Source: Girardia tigrina
Lineage: Eukaryota
Reading direction: 5' to 3'
NCBI GenBank assembly: GCA_001938485.1
Contig: MQRK01185218.1
Span: 33,482 to 94,979, forward strand
Length of the DNA stretch: 61,498 nt
Shown here: piece after piece, positions 11,677 to 25,529 of the stretch
Numbering within the stretch: position 1 is the first letter of the stretch
Layout: each line of letters starts with the position of its first letter
The notes under the pieces: model-generated
The model's database searches: none
What the model was told of the DNA's origin: nothing
What the model saw: the letters and a program-made list of their open reading frames with translations, nothing else
Translations under genes and position numbers: made by a program

Positions 11677-13062
11677 ATGATACAACTACCGAAGATTGCT
11701 GTAATCGGGACCGGGTTTGCCGGTCTATCTGCGGTCGTTCGTCTTAAAGAATTAGGATTGAAGAATATTGTGATATTAGAAGGTCGAGCTGACGTCGGTG
11801 GTAGAGTTCGCACGATTGATTTTTGTGGTAAGAATTGAGCTTTCGAATTATTTTAAAATGAATTCGAGAATTTGTAATTGAAAAGTAAGAGTGAGCATTT
11901 CCTAGGTTCGAGATTCAACATCGGTCCGGAATGGTTGCACGGCCAAGACAGTAATCCGGTTTATAATTTAGCTAAAAATAAACTCGGATTACAAGTGAAA
12001 GATTCGAATGATTATAAATTTTATTTCAACGAACCGAAGAATTTGTCAATTGATCGACGCGAGAAAGTGTTTAAATTAAAGTTAAATGATTTACAAAGGT
12101 CGATTGACAAGCATTTCATGGACGAAAATATATGGACCTTTGAAAATAAAAGTATTTTCGATGTGTTGATTGATCATGAGAGAGAACAAGAACCTGTTAA
12201 TAAGTTTGCGGAATATTGGGCATTTAATTTTGGAAATGGTTATTCTATTGACGAATATTCTGCCCTAATGTATAAATTGTCGTCAGATATTTATGAAAAT
12301 GTTTCGCCTTTCTCGGACTTCTATTTCGTGGAAAGTGATGGATATTCACAAATGATAAATTATTTTGTAAAAGAAGCCATTCTTAAGGAAAATGATATTC
12401 GATTTAATGATTCAGTTACGAAGATTTACTTGACGGCGGATGGAGTGGAGATTGTTACGAAGAAAGGCAAAATATATCTAGTAGATTATTGTGTATGTGC
12501 GGTACCTCTATCGGTCATTGCCAATAAATTTATTAGAATTTATCCTGATTTTGATGATGACCTTTATGCGTCTGTTAAAAAATTGAAATTCTCAACCTAT
12601 ACGAGGATATTTGTTGAATTAGAAAAGCCCATGTGGACGAATGAATATGACTGGTTGATCGATCTTTCGGTCGATTTTAGAAATGATATTAGTTTGTGGC
12701 AGAATCGGCAAAATACGAGGGTACTAATTGGTCATGTCTCTAGTTTTAATGAGAGTATCTCTTGCCATTTGAAGAATAACATCGACAGAAGTTTAATGAA
12801 TATTATTGGTAATGATTATAAAGGAATACGGGAATGTAGATCGGTGACACTGGAACAATGTCCTTACAGTTTCGGTGCGTTTCCGGCTGCCACTCGTGAT
12901 TTAAATTTAGTTGATCTAAATAATTTCCAAAGATTACATCAATTTAAGTCATTATTGTTTGCTGGTGATAGTTATTGTTTGGAATATTTCGGAACCGTCC
13001 AAGGAGCAGTCAAGAGTGGCATGGAAGCTGCAAACAATATATCATATCAATTAACAAAATAA
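11677..13062 (+). CDS. Flavin-containing amine oxidase (polyamine/spermine oxidase-like). Exons 11677-11827 and 11906-13062.
   Basis: Exon 1 reads MIQLPKIAVIGTGFAGLSA..ILEGRADVGGRVRT (FAD Rossmann GxGxxG and GGR). A GT-AG intron in phase leads to NIGPEWLHG..CAVPLSV..LLFAGD..GTVQGAVKSGMEAA. The start codon is not certain. Confidence 0.9.
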
Positions 13063-13162
13063 TGTCCAAATATAAAAATTATATTCTTTTTTTGCAGTGA
13101 AATATTTCAAAATAATCACAAATTAATTCTTCAAAAAGTTTTTAATATAAAAGTTATTTTAA

Positions 13163-13311
13163 CCCGTTGACTAACGAATATTTTTGGAGATATATTAATA
13201 TTATTTAAGTTTTAGACGTAACAAAGGTAATTCAAACCGCATTAAAAATTTCCTCTTCGTTCAAAAGTTATAAGCCGTAAACCCATATACGGGTCTCCGG
13301 TAGTCAACGGG
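13163..13311. mobile_element. piggyBac-type MITE
   Basis: TTAA|CCCGTTGACTA ... TAGTCAACGGG|TTAA, giving TIRs and a TTAA duplication. Confidence 0.8.
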
Positions 13312-14113
13312 TTAATAAAATTCGTTAACAAGTTCGGGAATGAAACGGTTATAGCCGTCTAAGAACTTATGCTGACGTAGGACGAAATGGTAATTACCAT
13401 CTTGAAAAAACATCATCAAAAGTACAAATAATACTGTCAGTGTTCCTTTGGTGACAAAACACGCGGTAATAACACAGCGCGAATTTGAATTAGGAAATCT
13501 TAGGAAAAAAATTATTTTTTCCAAAGTAAAACTAAGTGTAACATTATGAAGCGAGAAATGTATGAAAAATTGGTGTTTTTTAGCCTACCTCACATTTCGT
13601 GTGTCCGCGAACGTGTTATCAGACATTTCATGTCTCGAGCGAGATTAAAATAAGTGCTATAAAAGGTCTTTTAGAGCATAACAAAAAATTAGATGATAAA
13701 ATCTAAAAATTAGCAAAAAATACATGTCTTAAAAGTGAATTCATTTGAAAAAGATATTACTAAGTTGAAGATAAAAATTAAATATCATAAAAAATCTCAA
13801 TTTAAAATGAAAAATAACAGTGACAAGGAAGCTCAAACGATTAATTTGACTGCAGAATTCTACCTGATCAATACAAAACCAACAACAATTGCTAGTAATT
13901 GTTTTTGTACAATTCATAAAACAAAGTCATTTTTAAATATTTTTAGAGATATATACAAGAATGGGACAAAATAATTGACATATCTAACATATTATTATCG
14001 TAATCTTTGAATATTTCATAAACAACGAAAGCTTGACATATTTTAATGTTTTTAGTTTATTATTTTTGTTATTTGATAATTTTATTTTATGTAACAGTTT
14101 TTAACTGTATAAA

Positions 14114-14420
14114 AATGGCATACCTCTCGGACTTTACAAGAAGCTAAATTATCGTACTGGTATGGTAGACGCTGGAATAAGAGTAACTGCCAAATGCTTG
14201 GGATTGCTAGACGTACTGTATCATAAGTTATGACTGCTTTTGATAGAGAAGCCAAAGCGTTCTTAGCAAAGCACGGGTTTGGTCGAAAGATTAAGTTGTC
14301 TTAAAGACCGTCGGACTTTAACTTAAATTGCTAGTGTAAATTGCAAAACCATGTCTCCTAAAATCCCTGAAGAGCTCCATGAACAAATCCGGAACCCAGT
14401 TTTGACAAAAATTCGAATTC
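14114..14420 (+). mobile_element. Tc1-like transposase N-terminal remnant
   Basis: Broken frames give MAYLSDFTRS..LGIARRTVS*VMTAF..AKHGFGRKIKLS, resembling the Tc1 paired-like HTH and GRPR-like linker. Confidence 0.6.
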
Positions 14421-14507
14421 AATGAAAGAGCTACAATTATAAAACCTCGGCTATACACGGCAATTAATTCCAAGCGTTTAGAGTGATAATGATTTTTCTA
14501 AAATAGG

Positions 14508-16148
14508 TCCTTCGTTATAAGGCTTAGGCTTACTAGAGAAAAAAAGTTTTTTTTTCAGCTTGGTAGAGGCTTAGTAAAAAATAGAGGCTTAGTAAAGAAA
14601 TTAGAAAAATTAATTAAAAATTTTTTTACTTTATTATAAAAAATTAAATCTGATCTTTATCATCATTTTCTTCATCCCTTCCAAAGTTTCTCTCATCCGT
14701 TAAAATGTCAATGAGTTGATCACGAATTTCTTCATCATTAGTTTCCATGTCATCATGGCTATCATGTGGGTCTTCTTCGGAGACTTGATCAATTTCTTCT
14801 TCATCATCACCGTAGAATTTGATTGTTGTCTTTTTGAAACCACTTGTAATTGTTCAGACTGGAACTTCATTCCATGCTTCTGAAATCCATTTTGTAATTT
14901 ATTCATATGATACACGCTTTAAATTTCCAGATTTTGTGTTATTTTTGTAACTGTTTATGAGCCAATTTTCCCACCTGCTTCGAAGACATAATTTGAACGA
15001 TTTATTGACACTGATATCTAAGACTTGTAGTTTTTTAGTTAGACCTCCTGGAATCATAGCCATCAAAGTACCACTGCGATGGAATTTTTCCTTGGCGTTA
15101 TCAGTTTTGTGATCAGGAGCACCATCGAGCATTAGTAACGATTTACGATTGAACATTACATTTTTTCACTTCATCCAAATTGCTTCATGCCAAAGTAGAG
15201 TTTTTGAAGCAGTCATACATGATTTTTCATTTGCCGAGACGATGACATTTGAAGGATGATTGAATTTAGGGAATTGTTTTGCGACGAAAAATGATATAAG
15301 CTGGAAGTTTAATTCTACTTGATGTTACGCAAAGAACAACCGTGAAGCGTGAGTATTCAGAACCTGTAGTGGTAACACGAATATCAGATGACCCTTGAAA
15401 ATCTATGGTGAATTTTGATGGCATATCAAAATATACTGGAACTTCGTCCATATTTCTAATATGATCAAGTGAATAGTTGTCTTTATGTTGAGTTACGAAA
15501 TCAACGAAAGATTGCATTTTTTGTATCCAATCATCTGGGAGTTTCTGACCGACTGATGTCACTGCACGGCGAACAACACCATTTCGTTTCATGAAATTGG
15601 AAACCCAACAGCAAGATCCTTTGAAGTCATTAATTTTCATCTGAATTGCATGTGCTTTTGCTTCACGCTTAATAACAGTTCCAGACACTGGATGACCTTC
15701 TTTACGCTGTGCCGCAATCCAGGTCTTCATATGTGCCTCTATTGCTGGGTATTTTGCTGATCTTTTTCGTCTGACAACATTTCCTTCCTTCTTTGTCGCA
15801 GCTTCCATTTCTACTTGTTGTTTTTTCCATCGCCTAATTTGACTAATGTTTACTCTAAAGTGCTCAGCAGCTTTTGCTAGAGAATTATCGACTGCAAACT
15901 TTACAGCTTCAAGTTTGTAATTCAACGTATAAGACTGTCTTTTTTGTGATGACATTTTAATTACCCTAAACTTTTAAAATTAATTATTCAATAACATGGA
16001 TTTTATATTAAAAATTAATTGCGAAGATTTTAGATAAAAATTCAGGTAGCGGCTTAGTAAAGAAATTAGAAAAATTATGATGACAGAAATTATTTACTAA
16101 GCCTCGGGCTTAGTAACTAGTAGAGGCTTATAACGAGATTTCAGGGTA
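14508..16148 (-). mobile_element. pogo/Tigger-like DNA transposon, frameshifted
   Basis: N-terminal HTH (RQSYTLNYKLEAV), CENP-B-type HTH (FKGSCCWVSNFMKR), DDE_1 motifs NMDEVP / LMLDGAPDH / LQVLDISVNKSFK, and an acidic tail. A TIR-like TACCCTGAAATCTCGTTATAAG lies at 16148 with a partial partner near 14510. Confidence 0.9.
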
Positions 16149-16169
16149 GTGGAAATATTCAATATTCTC

Positions 16170-16378
16170 TGTTGGGCATATATGTAAATAGTATTATTAT
16201 TATGAGCATGTTATTTTTACTTTTCAATTTTTTAGTGTGTTATTTTTATTTTTTATTTATTGAAAATACATTAATTAATGTATTTTTAATAAATAAAAAA
16301 TAAAAGCAACACACTAAAAGTCGAAAAGTAAAAATAACATGCTCATAAGAATAATACTATTTACATATATCCCCAACA
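16170..16378. repeat. ~209-bp near-perfect palindrome (foldback)
   Basis: TGTTGGG..CCCAACA arms match across a centre at ATTAATTAAT (~16275) with essentially no spacer. Confidence 0.9.
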
Positions 16379-18019
16379 CCTCTGATGAATAATTTTTACC
16401 ATATTTCGAACTTCATGTCAAGTGTACGTTCAAGAACAGCTGAAAGAAGTATTTCATCCAAACTGTTTTCTCCAAACCACAAATTTAGAGTTTCTGTGAT
16501 GATCTCTGTGCTATTTGTTGATGTATATTTGGCGTGCAAGGGTGAAATAAGGGTATTTATCAATATCTCAACACCTTGGTATTACTAATGATAAGTGAAG
16601 TTGACTTTGATTATTATCGTTAATATCCTCATAATCTTCTTATACTATTGTGAAGTGCCTCTCAATCCTCCGCCTCTGCAAACAGTGCTGGATCATTTGA
16701 GAATACGCGTTCGGTTACCTATTACAAACATAAGTTCCGATAGATTAACTCAGCGTTTACAGGATATGGCTATAACTTAATTTATTTAATGATTTAGTTT
16801 AACGTTCAATATTTATTTACCAATAAATATACTTATAAAGGTCAAAATCTTCATTCCACAGGTTAGTAATTATTTTCTTAATCATTTTCTTAACCCGAAT
16901 GGGGCCACCGTCCTTTTAAAAGAACACTGCTCAAATATTGTTTTACATCAATTTGACGACTCAGCAACAGGCGGCATTAGGTGCAATAGTCTTTGTATAT
17001 GTGAGTCATGAGTTTGAACTCATCAGTTTATTATGTTTATCTTTACTCTGTTTACACACGTTCATTATAGTTAAACCAGAATTAATATCAAAAATTCATT
17101 TTTTCTAAAGGAAATAGTTTCGGCCCCATTATAGTTAATCTGTGATCGTTCAATTCACTCAACATTAATTCGTTGCGGCTCCTCAGTTAACTATCAAATA
17201 TACAGCTAAAAACATTTTCTTTGTTTGATAGCACATAAAATGTCAATCGTTGACTTTATCTTAAGTCAAATTCTAACCTTAACACCAACCATAAAACCGG
17301 ATTATTGAGTTTAATAATCAATAATTTTACGAAACCGAGTTCATAAAAGTCATTTTAATCTTAGCTACTGATTGATATACTGTCAACCAGTTTTAACCCG
17401 GTTTCTGAATAAGTAAAAAAATATAAACCTACGTATTAATAGTGTCACACATGTTCTCTGAACTACCTGAGACCAGCACAAATCTTTTGTACTAAGCTCT
17501 TTTTTTAGAGAACTATCAAATTATTAAATAACATAACAACTCGAGAAGAAACATAAAGATAAAATACAAGATTAATTAAAACTGTAAAGTTGCATAATAT
17601 AATAAGTGGTAAGGTCATCCCATAATTAATAGAATATGAGTTATCGGTAAATTAAACAATTAACTAAGCAACTGGAAAATACTTTTCAAACTATTAGTTA
17701 AAGATTGAATATAAAGAAATAATTTATATGTAGATCAAAATAAATTATCTGCAAATATCTGTGTTGTGATACTCTATCTAATTATATATAATTATTTTTC
17801 TTATCAACACTAGCCGAGACACAAGATAATCCGGATGCGGTGCTCCTATTTTAAATAAACTCTTGAAAATTGAGAAAGAATTAAAAGTTCTTGTTCAAAT
17901 ACACTTATTCACTACAAATAGAAATTGAATAAAAATTTGAAAATGCGTTTCGTTCTTAACTAAAAAATGGTGTAGCAAATCTTTTTATCAATATATTCCG
18001 GCTTCACCGACTTCGATCA

Positions 18020-18421
18020 TGTGGCATGACTGCTGGTTATTATTGGGTGAAGGGAATCAATAACAGTGAAGAATACATAATTTATAGACCCGACGAAGTC
18101 TCCGTTGTTCTGGAGGTATTCCGATAAACCGGAACTCAAAAACATTGGCACAACCAAAGCAGCCGATGTAATCACTAACTCGAAAGAACGTCAAAATGAC
18201 AGTAATAAAGGACCTCTGTCGGTCCACATGAAATCCATAAAACATCGTCAATCGGGGCATACCCGACATCTCTGGACCGGTCCTCGATGGGCGGGATTAC
18301 TGGGGAAGCAGAGAAACTACTCTGAACCAATAGGATACCCGATCTAGTCTCCTGGATGAAGAGGTCGTCCACGGTTGAGTGACCCGGAACGCGGCTGGCA
18401 CGAGTGGCGGCTCGAACCACA
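18020..18421 (-). mobile_element. LTR-like segment
   Basis: GC-rich island with TGTGG...CCACA termini and internal TATAAA and AATAATAA on the minus strand. No TSD was seen. Confidence 0.45.
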
Positions 18422-18877
18422 ATGTACTTTAATTATTATGAATTAATTAGTAAATGACCCGTCATGTATGACGGGTTATTTAAAGTATTTTACTTATATA
18501 TATATATATATATATATATCACAAAAGTCTAAAAATTTTATGAATTCATATATTTATTTATTAAGAAAATTCAAATACATTATTTCATGATAAAAATATG
18601 TGATTGATATGAACACTTGGGTTTAAAATTCAAATTCTAATTAAAATTTTACAGCATTTCTTTGTATACTATATTTTATATTATTTTATATTTATATTAT
18701 ATTATATTATAAATATATTATATTTATATTATATTAATTATATATATTTAGTAGAAGCCATTTTGAGATTATTTGATTTGTTCAATTGATACGTTATAGA
18801 AAAGTACAATTACCCTGAAAATTTCAGCTCGATAATATTATGGGAAGTGGGTTAAAATTGCAAAAAATGGTTTAAAC

Positions 18878-20414
18878 TAGGGATTCGCCGGAGGGCAAAA
18901 TTCGTCTCCGTCCGGAGCAGGAGCCGGACTGGAGAATCAGCTGCCGGATTGCCGGAGACCGGAGCCACAGAAAGACTTTTAAACAATATATTGATATTTT
19001 CTCTGAGTGCTTTTTAAATGATTTGTTTTTAAGTCCTTCATTTTCAATCAGATTATCTCATCCTCCACCAACTGACATTTTAGTACAAAGTATTTTTATG
19101 AATAAATGATTTCATATTATAAGGATACATCTCCAACAATTATTGAAGATAAAATTATCTTGAACAAATTCGCCTAAAATTACCGTTAGGATTTAAATAC
19201 TGCGGAATTTGATCATTACGATCAATCGACAGTGTGTTACATCCACATCCATACATGCGATTGATAGCTGGACTTTTCTGTGTATCCGTGAAATCCATTA
19301 CCTACCACATTTCTTTTTCTTCACACACACTCACACGAGAAAGATTGAAATAAAACCTATTCGTGTATTAAATGTTACGTGTGTTTGTCACAATGTAAGG
19401 GAGGGTTTTGAATCACATGCATCGAACTTATGTGGCTGGACGAGTGAAGTTACTATTAATCGGATTCTAGAATATTCTTTTGTACATTCATTGACCAGAA
19501 ATTGCGGAAGATTATTCTAGAATATTTTCTACTCTTCTAAGTCTAGATTGTAAAAGCTATTTCCATTGACCCGTAAATTTTTCAAGTTGTAGAAAATCCA
19601 GGTTTTCGACTTGTATTATCAGTTTCAACTCCTCAATATCAACCTCCTTCTCGAAGGTACTTCTCGGAAAATGAAATTGAAGCGCTCTACAAATAAATTG
19701 AAGAAAATATTTCGGAATGTCTCAGAGAAATAGACAAAGCTTCTTTCGTAGTGGATATGTGAACTGATCAGTATTCAACACAAGCATATCTAGATCTTAC
19801 TGCCCACTGAATAACTTCTCAATTTGAACGTAAAGATGAATTGCGAACCTTATGATGAAGCACAAACTGCTAATGAAATGGGAAATACTTTTAATGGTAT
19901 GCAAACCAGATGGAATTTGGTTGATAGAGTCTACAATATCGTTCATGATAATGGTCACAATATTGTTAAAGCCATTGAAGATCTCCAGTTTCCGCACGTT
20001 TCTTGCCTCACCCACACTATACAATTGGTCATTCGAAATGGCTTATTAGATACACGGTGACGGAACACACAATGAAGTTTCAACAATAGTCTCATCTTCA
20101 ACATCAAAATGACAAAGAGTAGGGGGGGGGACAATCAATGGGAAATCATCGATGAATTTATGATATCCAAAACAAAAAACAGTTCTGGTTTCGAAGAAAA
20201 ATTAGAAATTATCTCTCGGAACCGCCTTATTTTAATGAAAGCGAATATGTTACTTCGAAAAATTCACATTATAAACATTTATAGAAATATTGCAATGCTT
20301 TTATAATGAAATAAAGGTTCTAATAAAAAAAATAATCACCAGTTAAAAACGGCCGATTATGACCGCAGCTGGTTGGTAAAATATCGCCGGAATATCGAGT
20401 TCGGTTCACCCCTA
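18878..20414 (+). mobile_element. Deleted hAT (Ac/ZBED4-like) transposon
   Basis: 8-bp TSD GTTTAAAC (18870-18877 and 20415-20422), TAGGG..CCCTA termini, CCGG subterminal repeats, and a transposase remnant IVHDNGHNIVKA..HVSCLTHTIQLVI. Confidence 0.85.
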
Positions 20415-21559
20415 GTTTAAACATTTGTGTTAGTCACAGAATCATTTTCAGAATCAGAAATATTAATGATTCTTATACAAATTAATACAATAAATTAACA
20501 AGAATCTCAGTTTTCATTAATATATACTTATAAATTAATAACCAAAAACAATAGACAGTAAACCAATAATATCCTAGTTATATTTGAAAACTAAGTTATT
20601 AAATAATATTGAAACTATAATGAGACTTGTGTTTTTCGAAAAATATAAATTAAAACTAATAAACATAACATAACAATTACATATTATCGTGTCAGGGACT
20701 GCTCGTACAGTTTGCCGATAAACAGATTATATTGAAAAACATGAGCAAAATTTTTTATTTAGTACAAAAAAAGATTATTCAAACAAGATTATTTTTTACA
20801 AAAATTGATTGAGAATTAATTATTCAATTTTTGTGCTCGATTAACTTCAATTTAAAGATTTTGACGATGACCGAAAAATAATTTCAGATTAACTGTTAAA
20901 AAAAGTAAAATTTAAAAGTATACAAAAATTAACATTTTATTAATTATATTTCGTTTACATAATTTTTATTTGAAAATTGTGTTCACTACACATAATTAAA
21001 GTTATTAGGCCCTAAACGTTTGTATCATACCTTTATTTAACTTCTTTTATTTTGAATCTGTCGTTAGAAGTTGTAGTTGGATTGACCTCAATTGGATTAT
21101 AGAATTTGGTTTCTTTAAGTGTTAAGCTTTCACATTTGAGTCAAATATTATCGAATCTTGTTTTTTCTTGTGTCATGTTCTGTTGTATGCAGTGTATCCG
21201 CCAGAACTTTTCTTTGGAGGGGGAAACAGGAAAACATTGAGGGTACCACGATGTGCATGCACTTTCTTCCACTCTAAATTGGAGCGGATGCTGATGAGGA
21301 AGTAAGGTAAAATTCGAGTAATTAATCATAAAATAAAAAATAAGAATTTCAAATTGATTAAGAAAGAAATTATATTACCCGTGGAAATTTTGTTTCTGTA
21401 TCTTCACATTAGATTTATTAACAAAAAAGTAAATGATCATCAGGAAAACACACTTTTTTACTAGAATGCAACAAATAAACACACGAATAAATATCCGAAT
21501 AGCGTAAAACGACTAGGGTGTCGCTGATTCACAATATTCCATGCATCATAAGATGAGAA

Positions 21560-22850
21560 TAATGGAATGCGAAAACTTCTTATCTTTTGCTTGTGCCATT
21601 TTTGGAAAATGTCTCATGCTTCCTCATCTGTCATCTTTTCTGGACCCTCTATCGTGACCAGCATACATGCTTCCAAGTTTTCAAGGGATATACGTTGCCT
21701 TAAAGGCATGAGGATTCTATTCATGCTTCTGTAAGACCTCTCACAACTTGGTGTTCCAAAAGGACACAGAAGAATAACAGACGCCATCTTTGAGAGGTTA
21801 GGAAAAGTTCCTGCCAAAACTTTTTATTAAATCCACCAAAGATTGAAGTACATCCGAGGAAGAAGGAAGGATTTCCTTTTGACGAAAAAATGCCAGATGG
21901 TTGTGAAACACTTTGAACTCATCCAAAGTTTTATCTGTTATGTTGTTGAAAACTGGATGACTTGCACAAATCAATCGCAGCTGTGTGGCCATCTGCACTC
22001 AGTATGAAACCAAACACTTTTCTTTAAAACATTTCATAAAATAAACACAGTTAACACAACAGCAAGGCAAAGTTTGTGATGATATCGATAAAGTCACGTA
22101 TTTTCCGTGAGTCAGCGATAATTCCATATTTATCGAAGCTTATTATTGCGTCAACTGTGTGGGAAATGTGTCCTTCACACCCGTGCAACTCAAAAAAATT
22201 GGAGGTACTCACCTTGACAATCTAATGAAGGATCAAATAATGAAGTCGCATAGCACATCGCCATAACTTGACTTGAAAATCGATCTGAAAAGTTTTTCAT
22301 CAGACATATGATAAATGGTTTCACAATTTTTAGATGCATAGAAACAGAACCAATTGGATTTTTATAAACAAGAGGTGTTGATATTGATTGAATGAAGTTC
22401 TGTGTTTCATCTTGATAAAGAATAGAATTCTCCATTAATTCATTTAAAGTACATTTGCCAGTTGATATGTACTCATCCATTCTTACAAGAGTAGAGTTTG
22501 GAGACTACAGCTGCTTTGATAAAACGGAGAGAGGTTGGAGAATACTCTTCAATGCAAATAATAGAGTAATTCCTCTTGATATCTGGAGGTCAACAACAGA
22601 CCACCATCTTCTGATGATAAGTCACCAAATCTGCATAAATTTCTTGCAAGGTGACTAATATTGATTCCAAACATTTGTTTGTTGATGCAATGCACTGATA
22701 GTGGGATATCCACCTGGTGTTGTCAGATCAGACAAGATCCGTGTCTGGTCCATCAAGAAAGTCTTGAATTGCTTTAAATTTTCTGAGGTTCTTCGGACTG
22801 TTTTAGAGGAGCCGCCAGGGACTGTTGTTTACTTCAAAACAAACTATTTC
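21560..22850 (-). mobile_element. hAT transposase (ZNF862/KIAA1586-like) C-terminal half, decayed
   Basis: SPKNLRKFKAIQ..NTRWISHYQC, and the dimerisation domain FPNLSKMASVILLCPFGTPSCERSYRSMNRI..IEGP. Confidence 0.8.
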
Positions 22851-22859
22851 AATTGCACC

Positions 22860-23680
22860 AATCCCAAAGGCTCAGATGGATCCTATATAAATAAACCTTT
22901 CCAGAATTTCAAGAAAGCCCCTGCTTGTTCAGCAAAGCGTATTAAGCTTCTGAAGCATGCGGAATCGGAAATCCACAGGAAAGCAAAAGTTTTCTATTCG
23001 ACCAGAAAAGAATCTCTCAACAAGGAACTGTGTTTAACCAAATATACATTTCTAGTGATACCGAGAAAGAAGAAAATATGCAACGGCTCGTGGATTACGC
23101 TAAAGCAATATACTGGCTTATAAAAGAGGAAATTCCTTATTCGACAAAGTATAGTAGTCTCCTGAATTTTTGCAGAGAATTGGATGGAAGTAAACGCAAA
23201 CAAGTGTGGAACGAATCGAGAGCCGTTAATTCTACCAATCTTTCCCATGACATTCCTGGTGAGTTTTTGCAAACCATTAAAGAACATTTAGAAACACGTA
23301 CAGTAAAACAAATTAAATCAATCTCTTACATTGCAGTTATGGTTGATGCAGTAACAGATTTGAGAAGACGAACTGTTTTAGCAGTTTGCATACTCAATTT
23401 TACCCTTAAAGATGTCCCAGTGGAGATTTGTATCGGACTCAAAGAGTTGGAAAATATCGAAGAGGTGACTGTGACCGACGGCATTTTGGATGTGTTTGGA
23501 AAAAAGGATGTTCACCTCAAGGATGTATTGTGTTGTCCGCATGGCTGGTAAAAAAATGGCACGCAAGCCCTGCTGGTTAAAAATCACACGAAAGAGGTGG
23601 TTTATATTCATTGATGTAGCCACGCATTATAGTTCGTGTGCGTTAATGCCGAGCAAATGTATCCGAAAATTAATAGGATC
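22860..23680 (+). mobile_element. hAT transposase (ZNF862-like) N-terminal half, decayed
   Basis: PFQNFKKA..KLLKHAESEIH (TTF zinc-finger end), IPYSTKYSSLL, IAVMVDAVTD, and a C..H-like motif near 23610-23630. Confidence 0.8.
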
Positions 23681-23699
23681 TTCTTCATTCTAATATTAA

Positions 23700-24110
23700 A
23701 ACATATAGGTATTCCTTTAATTAAAATTTTTAGAGTAATATTTACTACATATAAATTATCGAGATATTTTAGCAATAAATCACGAACTCCTTTGAGTGTT
23801 AAAGCTAATCTAGTTTATCAATTTAAATGTCAAAAATGTGAATCCTTGTACATTGGAGAAACACATCGTCATCTTCGTACTAGAATAGCAGAACACACTC
23901 AAATGAGTAGAAACAATTATATTTTCGATCATATACATAGTAGTCGTGATCCTGAAAAAAATTAATTATGAAAAAGAATTCAAAGTGTTGAGTAAAATTT
24001 TGACACAAATTTCGAGCGGAGATCACTGAGGCATTATTTATTAAGTAATTAAAACCATGCATAAATATACAAAGTGATTTATCTAAACATGTTAAAGTTT
24101 TTTAAAAAAT
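23700..24110 (+). mobile_element. Penelope-like element GIY-YIG endonuclease fragment
   Basis: NLVYQFKCQKCESLYIGETHRHLRTRIAEH, followed by a decayed ITEALFIK*LKPCINIQ. Confidence 0.85.
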
Positions 24111-25197
24111 ATGGAAATTATTTATGGTGAAACAGTCAGAAAACCATTTAAATGACTTATAATTTTGATTTAATTCATTTTAAATCACGATGCATATAAA
24201 GACAACACTAGTTTTACGAAATAAAATTATTGAAAAATAGCGTGTTTGTTTTGTTTTATCTAAGTTGGGATTGCTTTATTCAAAACGTTTTTATGTTTTT
24301 TTTGTAAATGAAATTTAAAAATATATGTATAAATATGCAAAGTGGAAATTGGGGTTATTGTTTATTTGGTTTGGTATGATGTTTTGATCGTGAAGGTAAC
24401 TTGTGAAAAAATTAAAAATATTGTTTACGTGACTAAATTGTCTCGTGATTGTCACTCAAATAAAAGTTTTTGTCAAATTGGAGTTTGAATTTTTGATTAA
24501 TAAACGATTAAAATCGATTCGATTTTTTTGGTAAATTTTGATTTTATGTCATATTTATTAATTCTAAAAGACGCTGCCGAAGATCCAAAGATTCGATTTC
24601 TCATAGAGTTAGAATTTGTTCTATGCTTAGCTAATCCTATTTATTTAAATTTTCTGCCTCAAAATGATGATTTACAATCTCCAAAAATGATAAATTATTT
24701 AGCTTACTTGCAATATTGGAAAGAACCGTCTTATTCTAAGAGTATTAAGTGTCCGTATTGTCTTTATGTGCTCGATCAGTCGTAACATGTCGAATTTCGG
24801 AGAGAATTGGCTGACCTTTATTTTTGTAAAAGTATTGAAGATCAAATGTCATTACGTTGGAAATGCTATTTGTCTAGAACAAGGGTCTCCAACGGGGGCG
24901 ATATAGACCCCCAGTGGTCGATTAGAGTTCCTTGGGGGTCGATTGAAGTAGATGGAAAATAGCTAGAAAACTTTAATTGATTTCATAAATTTTATCTTTT
25001 TTCATTATTAAAAAAATACTGTAAAAAATATTTAAAATATTTGTTTTAATTACACGAAACTTTAAAATTTAACAAGTAAATTTTTTAAGAATTGTTTTCC
25101 AATTTATTCATTTTTAGAATCCAATTTTAATCTACCCCATGTCGACTTTTAATGCTAAGAAGAAATGCAGACAATACTCTGACGAGTATTTGAAATA

Positions 25198-25338
25198 NNN
25201 NNNNNNNNNNNNNNNNNNNNNNNNNNNNNNNNNNNNNNNNNNNNNNNNNNNNNNNNNNNNNNNNNNNNNNNNNNNNNNNNNNNNNNNNNNNNNNNNNNNN
25301 NNNNNNNNNNNNNNNNNNNNNNNNNNNNNNNNNNNNNN
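25198..25338. other. Assembly gap
   Basis: Run of N. Confidence 1.
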
Positions 25339-25529
25339 TCGAGTACTTTAAAATGCTTAAAGAGAGGTTTATAACTCGACCGAATTTGACTACATTTTTA
25401 AAATCGTCTACCAGTGCTAATAATGAAGGAGGATTGAAAGCATCATACAGCATCTCTTTTAATATTGCAAAAAAAAGGGAAGACGTATACCATTGGTGAA
25501 GAGATTATATTACCAGCTATAAAAGATGT

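Noticed and set aside
11677-13062. Horizontal transfer of the amine oxidase
   Set aside because: It has a spliceosomal intron and host-like composition; there is no evidence without a phylogeny.
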